NCBI GenBank assembly: GCA_965243205.1
Contig: CBDEUK010000002.1
Coordinates: 1,568,001 to 1,632,000, forward strand
Source of the DNA: Gammaproteobacteria bacterium
Lineage (GTDB): Bacteria > Pseudomonadota > Gammaproteobacteria > Eutrophobiales > Eutrophobiaceae
Direction: 5' to 3'
DNA: 64,000 bases
In this document: positions 1 to 10,194 of the stretch, in pieces
Position numbering within the stretch: position 1 is the stretch's first letter
How the letters are laid out: each line of letters begins with the position of its first letter
Notes under the pieces: model-generated
Seen by the model: only the letters and a program-made list of their open reading frames with translations
Databases searched by the model: none
Told to the model about the DNA's origin: nothing
Translations under genes and position numbers: made by a program

Positions 1-1
1 T

Positions 2-1474
2 TTTATTACTGCTATTTTCTGTTTCGTTTACTGGATTAATTTATGGTTAATCGTCGGATGGGTTATTTTATTGGTTGGCTTTATAGGTGGCATTTATAAA
101 CAACGCCGTACAGAACATTTATTTTATATGTTTGTGTTGATATTTTTAATTTCTGAATTGTTAATTGGCTGTAACACACAAATATTCAATATCGTATTAA
201 ATATTCAAGAACAAAAAATCTTCAGCTATGGAATGCTCTATATTCCTCTATTACTATTTTTATTTAAACAAGAAACGAAAAAACAACTTATATCTGTTGA
301 CCTATTAAGAGCGATTAGTAGCGCATTACTTATCAGTATATTGACATTAGGAAGCTTATTAGTGATGTACCATACTGGGACTAATTATTTTAATGCGTTA
401 ATTAGAACAATATTATCTATTGCTGTAAGTCTTATTGTTATCAGTTGGTTATTATCACCAAAACTTGGTTTTAGTGGTTTATCGCAACTCTGGTATCAAT
501 CATTATTAAATATAGGAACACCTTTCGAAAAGTGGTTGCACGATTTATACATGATCAATCAAAGAATTGATTCACCTGAATTATTTATCGAGGAAACGAT
601 GGATGAATTAACAACTGTTAATTGGGTTTCCGGTATTGAATGGCAATTACCACATACTAAGAATAAAGCTGGCGAAGAAAGCAAATATACTATCCCTATT
701 AAAATTAATGATCTAAATGTCACTTTTCATACACATATTCTTGCTGGAGGTGCTTTAATTTTACATTCACGGTTATTAATTAGGCTTATAGAAAATATGT
801 ACACCGCTAAAGTACAAGAACATAAATTAGCACAACAAGCACATCTTAAAAATATACATGAAACTGGCGCGAGAATTACGCATGATATAAAAAACCTTCT
901 ACAGTCACTAAATATGATGACTGCTATGGCTTCAAAAAATAATCTGGATACTGATAAAAAACAAAAACTTATTAATCAACAATTACCAAATATTTCTCAA
1001 CGTTTGCAACTTGCATTGAATAAACTAGAAACACCAGACATTACTGAAGAAATAATTATTAAACCCATTAATAACTGGTTAGAAACTTTAAACTCTAGAA
1101 TCGAATCAAATACAGTTACTATTCATTCTGATATTAGAAGCAATCATCCTATCCCTATGAGTATGTTTGATAGTGTCGTCGATAATCTACTAGAGAATGC
1201 CTATTTTAAGCAGCAATTAGATAATTCGATTAAAATTGAAATAACTGTTATTAGTAATGAAAAAGAAATCTCTATTCGCTTTGCTGATAACGGAGATGCA
1301 ATACCACAATATATAGCTGATAGATTGTTTAATGAAATAATTGCCTCAGAATCAGGCTTAGGTATAGGTTTATACCAAGCCGCTAAACAAACAAAGCAAA
1401 ACGGCTATGATTTTATTCTCTCAAACAATACTAATGGGAAGGTTGAATTTTCACTTATAAGAGAATTAGGGTAA
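2..1474 (+). CDS. Membrane sensor histidine kinase, PrsK-like (5' truncated by window edge)
   Basis: Frame is open from position 2. Multiple TM segments, H-box THDIKN, N-box DNLLENA, G1 DNGDAIP, G2 GLGIGLYQA. Confidence 0.85.
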   Translation, partial: FITAIFCFVYWINLWLIVGWVILLVGFIGGIYKQRRTEHLFYMFVLIFLISELLIGCNTQIFNIVLNIQEQKIFSYGMLYIPLLLFLFKQETKKQLISVDLLRAISSALLISILTLGSLLVMYHTGTNYFNALIRTILSIAVSLIVISWLLSPKLGFSGLSQLWYQSLLNIGTPFEKWLHDLYMINQRIDSPELFIEETMDELTTVNWVSGIEWQLPHTKNKAGEESKYTIPIKINDLNVTFHTHILAGGALILHSRLLIRLIENMYTAKVQEHKLAQQAHLKNIHETGARITHDIKNLLQSLNMMTAMASKNNLDTDKKQKLINQQLPNISQRLQLALNKLETPDITEEIIIKPINNWLETLNSRIESNTVTIHSDIRSNHPIPMSMFDSVVDNLLENAYFKQQLDNSIKIEITVISNEKEISIRFADNGDAIPQYIADRLFNEIIASESGLGIGLYQAAKQTKQNGYDFILSNNTNGKVEFSLIRELG

Positions 1475-2395
1475 ACGCCCTGCTTGAACAAGTTTGCTTT
1501 TTAATACCTGAGGGGAAATCCATATAATTTGATCATCAATACCAAGTTGACTTATACCTCCTGCGACAGCACCACCAGGCGACACAGCTGGCCCAGGGTT
1601 TATATAATTAGATAATATAAATATTCCATCAGAATCGCTATTTTCAGCTTCATTGCATAAAAAAGCTGGTGTTGGTGTATCTATTAATCCTGTACCTGGA
1701 TTTAAGGTTCTAGTGACATTTTCTCCATGCGAAACAACAACAGCAAATACATCTTGTGCCACCGGAACAAATGGCGCTACACAAACGGTTCCATCTTGTA
1801 TAGTGATATTTCCTACAGGACACATGTCAATCGTCGCTAAATTCTCGGTTGAATTTAATGGGCAATTAACAGGAACGCTTATAGGATTAAGATTACCAGG
1901 GGTTCCAGTGCCAACAAAATCAGCCACATAATCCATAACAGAATATGTAAACCAACTTTCCCATTCATCAAATTCTCCAACCCCTAAAGTAACCCAAGGT
2001 AAATTGCCCTCAATAGGTAATACTCCTTGATTTCCATTGCCAAGCACAGCTGGGGTAGGATCAGCAGCACATTGTTGTGTACCGGCAGGACCAGGAATTA
2101 AATCTTCAGTACCATCATTTAAATTACCTACAGCAACCAAATTGCAGCTTCCAACTCCTGCATTTCTGCAATCAGGACATGGCAATCGACCATTCGTTAT
2201 AGCAAAACCATAAAGAGCTTCTTCAATTGTTTTCAAGCTTTCTTCTGTTTTAACACGCCGCTCTTGTTTTATTCCTTCTCTTAATGGAACTAATAGTCCT
2301 GCAAGTAGCAAACCCATAATTACTAGGACAACGGTCATTTCAACTAAAGTAAAACCTGTTACTTTCTTTAATATAGTGTTTGATATTTTATTCAT
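1466..2395 (-). CDS. Prepilin-type N-terminal cleavage/methylation protein (minor pilin/pseudopilin)
   Basis: Class III signal KKVTG|FTLVEMTVVLVIMGLL, conserved GRLPCPD and GNLPWVTLG, Cys-rich variable core. Confidence 0.9.
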   Translation of the reverse strand: MNKISNTILKKVTGFTLVEMTVVLVIMGLLLAGLLVPLREGIKQERRVKTEESLKTIEEALYGFAITNGRLPCPDCRNAGVGSCNLVAVGNLNDGTEDLIPGPAGTQQCAADPTPAVLGNGNQGVLPIEGNLPWVTLGVGEFDEWESWFTYSVMDYVADFVGTGTPGNLNPISVPVNCPLNSTENLATIDMCPVGNITIQDGTVCVAPFVPVAQDVFAVVVSHGENVTRTLNPGTGLIDTPTPAFLCNEAENSDSDGIFILSNYINPGPAVSPGGAVAGGISQLGIDDQIIWISPQVLKSKLVQAGRLP

Positions 2396-4458
2396 GGTTG
2401 AGTGGTATTTAGCATTATATTAATTTGATCATTATAGGAATTTGATAAAAGCTGTTTATCAAAATTTAAATTGCCGAGCCCTCCAATACTTTCAAAATAA
2501 TCTGTGAAAGTTGTATTAGGTCTTGCCGTTGGGTTTGGCGCTACTGCTGGTGTTAAATCCTGTCCAGCAATCATAAGTAAAACTCTATTATCATTAATTT
2601 GATTTAGCCCATTGGAAGTTAAATTCAAGCAATTACCACCTGCACCTGGCACACAAATCGCTGAAGGAGGAAAAGCAGAGTTTATAGAACCTGGCAATGG
2701 TTCTACAACCAAAACTGGATAAGCAACATAAACCATATGATGCCAATTATTAGCCACAAACCATGTTGGTAATACCGGAGGAGATTCACCAACTGATGAA
2801 TATGATGAATCACCATCAATATCAATTCCTAATGTATCAATATGATGATCAAGATTATTTATATTCATCGTTGTAGTGGGTGGAAATGGAACTACTCCTT
2901 GTACTGTTAATGTAGATTGTCCAAGTTGTACAGGCGGATTAGGGTTAATAGTTCCTACATCAGTAATTTGGATAGTCAGCTGATTTGGAAAGTTTCCATT
3001 GATACTAAGATTACGTCTCAAATGGGCTGCAGCAGTGGGAGGAATATAATTTACGTTTGAACCATCATCTGTGTATGTAATAGAGTAAGTTCTTACAAAA
3101 TTATCATAGCATGTACCAGTATTATCGTTTATACAAATCGTTGTTGAACTAATATCAGATGAACAATTGAATGTATTACGTCCAGCATTAATAGCGGAAT
3201 TCCAAACACAATTAATATTATTTACTCCTAAAGCACCTGCAGTCATAGGAGAATTAATAGGAAAACCTGCGGGTGGAGGTATTATATTCACACCGCAATT
3301 TAGTGGGAAGTCATTCGTGCTACAGTAATAAGTCTCAATGCAATTAGAATCCGTTAAACAACTGACATTTGGATCAGCGGGATTAGGCCCGACAAAACCT
3401 GCGGCTGGCAGTCCACTCCAACTAGCATCAAAATTAACTGAAGCAATATTATAAACCGTATTATCTACAAAAACTGGTAACTGACCAAATGTAGTGTTTA
3501 TGACACCTAAAGAATTTACATCAGCTGTTGTAGGATCAAATGGTTTTAACCACGGTAATCCATATACATCATCACAATTAAATGGAGCAATTAGACAATT
3601 TGGATCATCATCAAAAAAATTATTATCGCCATCATCATCAACGCCATTAATATTTTGATCATCCCTATCTGGATCTATTCGATAATATCTCAAGGCACTC
3701 GTTGCTTCATTTAGTACTCTTTTTTCTACCGCTTTCATTAACTCTTGGCGAGTAATTACTAATATTCGATCATTAAAATTTGTACCATCATCACCAGGAA
3801 GAAAAGAAATAAAGTTTCTATCATTACCATCTGAATTTACTGAATCTAAATAGGCTGTATAGTCATTTACACCTAGTATTCGGTTTTGACCAGGTAATGC
3901 AGCACCAGGAGAAAAGATAATCGCAACAATATCTGGGCCATTAATATTGTTATCAACAACAAAAGGCCCATCAATATTTGCAATGGCTTGATCGTCTGAA
4001 ATAGTATCGCTGTTATGATTAGGATTAACAGGTAATGCACCAGTATTCCTATAATTGTCGGCTACCACGTACCATAAATGTTCTCCAGAACCATCTTGTA
4101 ACTCTTCTATTTCCAAAGTTTTATAGGGTAACCAACCTACTGCACCTCCTGTAGAAAGATTTCCACACCCAAGATTATTAGTTTGTCCATCATCATTATT
4201 ATCTGGACATGGCAAATAACCTGGGCCTCTTAAAGTTGTAGCACCGGTTCTTTCTGGTACTGATACAGCATATGCAATTAATGCCTCTTTAGCCCTTTGG
4301 AGAGCATCGTAGGTTTTTTCTATATTTTCACGGTCACGAACTTTTGCATTAAGCTTTGAGACAAGTAGAAAAGATGAGCCAACAATCATTACTAGCACGA
4401 AAGCTAATAACGCTGCGCCTCTTTGAGATTGGATTTTATTGTTTAGGCTAAACAACAT
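2392..4458 (-). CDS. Large PilX/GspK-like pilin-type protein, putative tip/adhesin
   Basis: QRG|AALLAFVLVMIV lacks Glu5. GYLPCPD and GWLPYKTL motifs, Asp/Cys-rich central region. Confidence 0.75.
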   Translation of the reverse strand: MLFSLNNKIQSQRGAALLAFVLVMIVGSSFLLVSKLNAKVRDRENIEKTYDALQRAKEALIAYAVSVPERTGATTLRGPGYLPCPDNNDDGQTNNLGCGNLSTGGAVGWLPYKTLEIEELQDGSGEHLWYVVADNYRNTGALPVNPNHNSDTISDDQAIANIDGPFVVDNNINGPDIVAIIFSPGAALPGQNRILGVNDYTAYLDSVNSDGNDRNFISFLPGDDGTNFNDRILVITRQELMKAVEKRVLNEATSALRYYRIDPDRDDQNINGVDDDGDNNFFDDDPNCLIAPFNCDDVYGLPWLKPFDPTTADVNSLGVINTTFGQLPVFVDNTVYNIASVNFDASWSGLPAAGFVGPNPADPNVSCLTDSNCIETYYCSTNDFPLNCGVNIIPPPAGFPINSPMTAGALGVNNINCVWNSAINAGRNTFNCSSDISSTTICINDNTGTCYDNFVRTYSITYTDDGSNVNYIPPTAAAHLRRNLSINGNFPNQLTIQITDVGTINPNPPVQLGQSTLTVQGVVPFPPTTTMNINNLDHHIDTLGIDIDGDSSYSSVGESPPVLPTWFVANNWHHMVYVAYPVLVVEPLPGSINSAFPPSAICVPGAGGNCLNLTSNGLNQINDNRVLLMIAGQDLTPAVAPNPTARPNTTFTDYFESIGGLGNLNFDKQLLSNSYNDQINIMLNTTQP

Positions 4459-4508
4459 TCTTTCTTAACCTTCCTTACTTTTCCAATCAGAAACTAAGAT
4501 AGTTATTA

Positions 4509-5045
4509 TTAATTTTGAGCTTCAGAATCTAAAGTTTCTGGAGTATAGGTTTCGCCAACTTTGAGTGTAACATTGGTTTTATTATCGGGTAGTTTTACCG
4601 TAACACTATCATTATGAATCGTACGATTCTTCACAGTAATATTTTCTTCGATCATACCACCTTCATAGGTATTATTATCATTTATCCAAACGGTATTATT
4701 CCCTTTTTTACGTGAAACAATTCCCTTTAAGCTAATAGGTTCTTTAAGCACTTCAACCTCTTCTACTTCTTCCTCTTCCCAAAAGAGGCCTTCTTCTTCA
4801 AAGCCTTGAGTAACTTCTTGTCCTTCAGCAGTAATAGCTTGTTCATCTTTTACTTTAGAAGGATCTTTAATCTGAACGTCTTCGTATTGAGTAACGTGAT
4901 GCTGAGATCTCATAGGTTTTGATATTCGTAAATCCTCCAACATGGAACGTTGTGCCGGTGAAGTAAACAAACGACCTAGCTGATCAACACTATGTACTGA
5001 TGTTGAAACTAACATTAAAACCAGAAATGAATAAAATACTTTCAT
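4509..5045 (-). CDS. PilP/MshK-like periplasmic pilus assembly protein
   Basis: Signal peptide, LGRLFTSPAQR motif, LKGIV...TVWIND beta domain, operon position. Confidence 0.7.
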   Translation of the reverse strand: MKVFYSFLVLMLVSTSVHSVDQLGRLFTSPAQRSMLEDLRISKPMRSQHHVTQYEDVQIKDPSKVKDEQAITAEGQEVTQGFEEEGLFWEEEEVEEVEVLKEPISLKGIVSRKKGNNTVWINDNNTYEGGMIEENITVKNRTIHNDSVTVKLPDNKTNVTLKVGETYTPETLDSEAQN

Positions 5046-5057
5046 AATATCAAACCA

Positions 5058-5687
5058 TTAAATCGATAACTCTGTACCATCACTTTTTTTAATATTAAAC
5101 CATTCCAGTTCACACTTGGCATCTACATTACTAGTGGTAGTACTACGTTTAATCACATCATTTTTTCGAACCAGTTCACAGCTACGTATCGAATAAATTC
5201 CATTAGCATTCTCATTTAATTTTTGCATTAGATTGACTAAATCACCTTCATGTAAAAGCTGTAAATTAAGATCCATGCTACTGACATAAACTTTAAAACT
5301 ACCTTGTGTAACAGGAAAACGATTATCGTATTCTGTTTGGGAGTTAATTTGGTAGCCTACTGAAGGGATCTGAATTTCTTGCCCTAAATTCCTTAATGTT
5401 TCTATCCAATTTAGGCGATGTTCACGACCAATAATGCCTATTTCATATAATGCAGCATAACTTGGATAAAAGTCCCGAATATTTTTTTCCTCTTGATCCA
5501 CGGCTAAGTAACGTTGGCTAATATTTTGAAATTGCGTTTTATGTTTACTGTATTCTGCAAACATTTCACCACGAAAATAGTAGCTAAACCAGATCATCAA
5601 AGCTGCGATTGCGATGCTAACCAATAAAACAATTAAAGCGCCACGTATCATTGAAAATTCAATGTTACTATTTGTACTCTCACTCAT
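5058..5687 (-). CDS. PilO/GspM-like inner membrane assembly protein
   Basis: Single N-terminal TM, coiled coil, LLHEGDL motif. Start placed at MSES, overlapping the upstream gene end. Confidence 0.7.
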   Translation of the reverse strand: MSESTNSNIEFSMIRGALIVLLVSIAIAALMIWFSYYFRGEMFAEYSKHKTQFQNISQRYLAVDQEEKNIRDFYPSYAALYEIGIIGREHRLNWIETLRNLGQEIQIPSVGYQINSQTEYDNRFPVTQGSFKVYVSSMDLNLQLLHEGDLVNLMQKLNENANGIYSIRSCELVRKNDVIKRSTTTSNVDAKCELEWFNIKKSDGTELSI

Positions 5688-7287
5688 TGGGCACCCCCAA
5701 AGCAATTCTTAATGTAAATTTAGCTTCTTTTTCTAGTTTTTCTACACTACCTTGCAAACTTGCTTCAGAACTAATATCCATAGGAAATTCTTCGACTGTA
5801 ACACTTTCAATATTTTCTTTACTTCTTAGTGCTTCGGCAAGATCATTCACCGTTTTAATCGCTGTTCTAAAGTCACCATTGAAATTGGCTATGCGGGCTT
5901 CAAAAGTCGCTATTTGATAGTAAAGATTACTGTTTTGGTTTTGTATATAATTCGCTACGGGTATAGTCGCATATAGATTTGTAACCGCTCGTGAATTTTG
6001 AAACTGATCATTTGGATCTAAGCTATGGTTCCATTGTAAATTTTCCAGAATAACTTGAGGATACATTTTTAAACTTGAACCAATAACTTTTAATATAGGT
6101 TCAGGATCCGTTTTAAATTTTTCTAAGTTACCCGCTATTTCAACCACTGTTTTTATATCGTTAGGTTCAATGGGCGTTTTAGGAAGACCTTCTCGTGCAA
6201 TATTAAATCGCTCTTGATAAAACTCCGTTTTCTTTATTGCTGACATGCTATCCTGCTTATAACTCACTGCGTTCATCAAAAACCAACCACTCAAAATTGT
6301 ACTGCTTAATAATAACAATGCACTTGCAGCATACATGCCCACACGCATTTTGCGCATAGTGGAGTAGCGAACCTCATTGGGATTAGCATAGGCATTTTTG
6401 GCACCTTTTTTAAATAAATGATAAGCAAATAACTTATCACTAAATGGTGTTTTTAAAGAAAAATCCGTATTAGCGATTTTCGCCATATAATTTAAATCGA
6501 TCAATTTATAAGAGATAGATTCGGTATCTTGTAGTTTCTCTTTTAATTCTTTAAGCAATTCACCTTCAGTTAAAAAATAGACGTTTAATTGTTCATCATT
6601 GCTCACTAAACGCATACTGTTTAAATAGCGGTAAATTTTTTCTATTTCTGAAGAAATGATTGGACCATAAGGTGTTGTGCCGTAACGTGGCATTTTTACC
6701 ATACGGCTTATTTTTAAGTCTTCACCTTGAAAAAAAGACTGTCTTAAGCCACTGACGCTCTGCATAGTGACTAATAAGGTTTTTTCTTGTCGGTTAGGTA
6801 AAAATTCAAGAATGTTCTTACTGAATAAAGCAACTGATGTAACAGAGACAACTGGGTATTTATATTTTTCTAACAACTGTAACCAAGGTTTAACATACGA
6901 TGTCTCACCAATTGAAGACAGTAAGACATTATCATCGCGTCTTCCTTCAGCTTCTCGGTTTTGAGTTTCGTCATAAACATAATCAGCACCACGAAACAAT
7001 CGTTCTTTTTTCCGATCTAATACAGCTTTACGATCACTACCATAAACATGAGGAATAGTGTCTAAACGAAATTCTTCTTCAGCAACGTCAACTAACACAT
7101 AAGTCGTTTCAGGGTCTGATTCAGATAGATAACGTTCAAATTGAATTCGACCATTCTCCTTAGTATCAAATAAATATGAATTGATAATTTCTCCTCGATA
7201 CCATTGATAGGCAACCATCTTCTCAGCGCCTAATAAGATTACTCGTCTAGGAAAAATATCAATAGTCGATTTTAGTAATGAGATCAT
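5680..7287 (-). CDS. PilM/PilN (GspL/MshI)-like fusion protein
   Basis: Cytoplasmic N-domain (LVDVAEEEFRLDTIPHV), one central TM, periplasmic C-domain, operon position. Confidence 0.65.
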   Translation of the reverse strand: MISLLKSTIDIFPRRVILLGAEKMVAYQWYRGEIINSYLFDTKENGRIQFERYLSESDPETTYVLVDVAEEEFRLDTIPHVYGSDRKAVLDRKKERLFRGADYVYDETQNREAEGRRDDNVLLSSIGETSYVKPWLQLLEKYKYPVVSVTSVALFSKNILEFLPNRQEKTLLVTMQSVSGLRQSFFQGEDLKISRMVKMPRYGTTPYGPIISSEIEKIYRYLNSMRLVSNDEQLNVYFLTEGELLKELKEKLQDTESISYKLIDLNYMAKIANTDFSLKTPFSDKLFAYHLFKKGAKNAYANPNEVRYSTMRKMRVGMYAASALLLLSSTILSGWFLMNAVSYKQDSMSAIKKTEFYQERFNIAREGLPKTPIEPNDIKTVVEIAGNLEKFKTDPEPILKVIGSSLKMYPQVILENLQWNHSLDPNDQFQNSRAVTNLYATIPVANYIQNQNSNLYYQIATFEARIANFNGDFRTAIKTVNDLAEALRSKENIESVTVEEFPMDISSEASLQGSVEKLEKEAKFTLRIALGVPNE

Positions 7288-8464
7288 AAATAGGTCCTAA
7301 AACTGACAACATTATCCAACCAACAATTAACCCTAAAAATAGAGTCATCATCGGTTGCACCATCGATTGTAAACGTTCGATTGCTTCGCGCACATCGCGA
7401 GAATAAAAATACCCAACATTATGTAATGATTCTTCGAGTGCCCCGGTATTTTCTCCTACTCGTATCATTCTAAGTACTAATGGTGGAAAGAGATTTGTAG
7501 ACTCAAAAGCATTGCTCAATGTAGCACCATCGGCTATTTGTTGTCCGACTTCACGCATCGCTTTTGAAACGACTTTATTACCAGCAATCTCTTCACCAGT
7601 CCGAATACATTCAATAATGGTAATACCAGATGCATACATAATGGCAAAAAAACTCGTCAATCGAGTTAAAATAAGTTTTTTAAAAATCGGGCCAATGATT
7701 GGCAGCTTCAATTGAATGGCATCAACCGTCTCTTGGAAATCATCATTAGTTTTATAACTAACAATAGCAATAGCAATTAAAATAACAGGTAAAAAAACAA
7801 CTACATACCAATAATCCACAAAGAAATTAGACACTGCTATTAATACTTTAGTATGTGTAGGTACCTCTTGTCCCATAGTTTTTACAAACAGTAGTAATTC
7901 GGGTACAACAAAAATCATCAAGAATGTTATTGCAGCAAACACAAGCGTGCCAACAATAATTGGATATATAAATAGTTTCTTAGTGTGAGCCATTTGCTCA
8001 TCTTGCCACTTTAAGTTTTCACCCAACTTTTCAAAGATGGTTGATAGATCACCTGTCTGTTCACCTGCTTTCACTAAGTTTGTGAATACATTACTAAACA
8101 CTGCGGGAAACTGTTGCATGGCTTCAGATAATGTTTGACCACCTTCGACCAATTCGATCATCGCAGTAAGTACTTCTTGTAAACGTGGGTTATCAGTACT
8201 GTCACGTAAATCTTGCAAACTATCGAGAATAGGCACGCCTGCCCGTGAGGTTTGTTCTAAATGAAAACACAACGTAATTAAGTCACGACGATTAACACCT
8301 TTACCAGTTAAGCTAGAACCTCTGGTATCAATCTCTTTATAGTTGATGAGATCCAGTCCCATCTTTTTCAAACGCATTTCTAAATCAGCAACATTAACTG
8401 CGTCAGCGTTTCCATTATGAATGGAGCCAGATTTATCAATTGCTTTGTATTCGTAGAAAAACAT
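7259..8464 (-). CDS. Type II secretion/type IV pilus platform protein (GspF/PilC/MshG family)
   Basis: AGVPILDSL, AGEQTGDL, YPIIV, VGENTGAL; two GspF domains. Confidence 0.95.
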   Translation of the reverse strand: MFFYEYKAIDKSGSIHNGNADAVNVADLEMRLKKMGLDLINYKEIDTRGSSLTGKGVNRRDLITLCFHLEQTSRAGVPILDSLQDLRDSTDNPRLQEVLTAMIELVEGGQTLSEAMQQFPAVFSNVFTNLVKAGEQTGDLSTIFEKLGENLKWQDEQMAHTKKLFIYPIIVGTLVFAAITFLMIFVVPELLLFVKTMGQEVPTHTKVLIAVSNFFVDYWYVVVFLPVILIAIAIVSYKTNDDFQETVDAIQLKLPIIGPIFKKLILTRLTSFFAIMYASGITIIECIRTGEEIAGNKVVSKAMREVGQQIADGATLSNAFESTNLFPPLVLRMIRVGENTGALEESLHNVGYFYSRDVREAIERLQSMVQPMMTLFLGLIVGWIMLSVLGPIYDLITKIDY

Positions 8465-8466
8465 TT

Positions 8467-10194
8467 CTATTTCTGAACTATACGTTTGGTTAAATCGACG
8501 ACTCTTGATACTTCATCAATACTGGTTGTGCCATCTAAAACTCTATCCGATCCTACGTCGGCTAATGTTTTAAACCCTTTGGAAATCGCCATACGTAAAA
8601 TTTCACCTTGAGTTCCACCACGGGCAATTAAGTCATCTATATCATCATCGAGTCTCAAAATTTCTAAGATTGCTACTCGACCTTTATAACCTGTGTTATC
8701 ACATTTATCACAACCTTTAGCCTTATAGACTTGTTTATCTTTATCACCAGAACGCAGTCCAAGTAAGTTACGTTCTATATCAGTAATCACATAAGGTTCT
8801 TTACAATGCTCACAAAGCTTTCGTACTAAACGTTGAGCTAAGATACCAATAATATTTCCGGATAAGATATCGGGTTTAATGCCAATATCTAATAGTCTAG
8901 GCATGGCACCAACGGCCGAATTGGTATGCAATGTTGAAAATACTTGGTGACCAGTCATAGCAGCACGAAATGCCATGTTTGCTGTATCTTCATCACGAAT
9001 CTCACCGACAAGAATAATATCAGGGTCTTGACGCATGATAGAACGGATACCATTAGCAAAATCCAAACGTCCAGATTCTTGCACTGAGCTTTGACGAATC
9101 ATTGTTGTTGGGTATTCAACAGGATCTTCCAACGTCATGATGTTAACTTGTTCAGTATTTAAATAATTTAACACCGAGTAAAGCGTGGTGGTTTTACCAC
9201 TACCCGTTGGACCCGTAACTAAAATAATACCTTGAGGTCTTGCCACCATCACTTTTAAAGCATTAGATGCTTCATCATTCAACCCAAGTTTCTCTAAAGA
9301 AACGATACCTTTTTGTCTGTCAAGTACACGTAGAACGATGTTCTCTCCATGTACCGTCGGTAAAGTTGAAACACGAAAATCAACTTGGCGACCTGAAAGC
9401 GATAAAGAAATTCGACCATCTTGTGGTGCGCGAATTTCGGCTATATCAAGATTAGCCATAACCTTTAAACGTACAGCAATGGCCGACCAATAATTTTTAT
9501 GTAAGCTTCGAATTTGACGTAATACGCCATCAATACGATAACGAAACCGTAAGAAACCTTCTTCTGGTTCAAAGTGAATATCCGATGCACCGCGCTTTAC
9601 TGCATCTGATAGCAATGAATTCACTAATCTAACAACAGGCTGGCTGTATTCTTCTGTATCCGCATCAAGACTTTGATAATCAATTTCACCGGATTCAATC
9701 TCTCGTAAAATACCATCAACGGAAAGTTCGAAACCATAAAACTGATCCAATGCCTTTTCGATCTCAGCTTCACCTGCAAGCACTGGAACAACGTCAGTCG
9801 ATCGACCAACGACAGCATCTAATTGATCTAATGCTACAACGTTATAGACATCTGCCATTGCAACCGTTAGGCGATTATTAACGGCATCGAACGTTAAAGG
9901 TAACGCTCTTAACCTTCTTGCTAAATCTTTAGGTACCATTGCGATCGCTTCAGGATCGGCAACGGAACGACTGAGATCAACAGTATCACGACCGATAACA
10001 CCACCAAGAATATCATTGATAATGGCTTCGGTTGCGAAACCTAATTTAACTAAGATACGGCCAAGATGTTCTTTACTTTTTCGTTGCTCGGTTAAGGCAA
10101 TTTCGATTTGATCGCTGGTTGCAACACCACGGCGAATAAGCATTTCGCCCAGTCGTAAACTCTTTTTAGGCATCTTAGTCATTAAACTTTCCAT
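8467..10194 (-). CDS. GspE/PilB/MshE assembly ATPase with MshEN domain
   Basis: Walker A GPTGSGKTT, LEDPVE, RQDPDIILVGEIRD, Zn-binding CxxC pairs, N-terminal RLGEMLIRRG. TGATG overlap with the upstream gene. Confidence 0.95.
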   Translation of the reverse strand: MESLMTKMPKKSLRLGEMLIRRGVATSDQIEIALTEQRKSKEHLGRILVKLGFATEAIINDILGGVIGRDTVDLSRSVADPEAIAMVPKDLARRLRALPLTFDAVNNRLTVAMADVYNVVALDQLDAVVGRSTDVVPVLAGEAEIEKALDQFYGFELSVDGILREIESGEIDYQSLDADTEEYSQPVVRLVNSLLSDAVKRGASDIHFEPEEGFLRFRYRIDGVLRQIRSLHKNYWSAIAVRLKVMANLDIAEIRAPQDGRISLSLSGRQVDFRVSTLPTVHGENIVLRVLDRQKGIVSLEKLGLNDEASNALKVMVARPQGIILVTGPTGSGKTTTLYSVLNYLNTEQVNIMTLEDPVEYPTTMIRQSSVQESGRLDFANGIRSIMRQDPDIILVGEIRDEDTANMAFRAAMTGHQVFSTLHTNSAVGAMPRLLDIGIKPDILSGNIIGILAQRLVRKLCEHCKEPYVITDIERNLLGLRSGDKDKQVYKAKGCDKCDNTGYKGRVAILEILRLDDDIDDLIARGGTQGEILRMAISKGFKTLADVGSDRVLDGTTSIDEVSRVVDLTKRIVQK

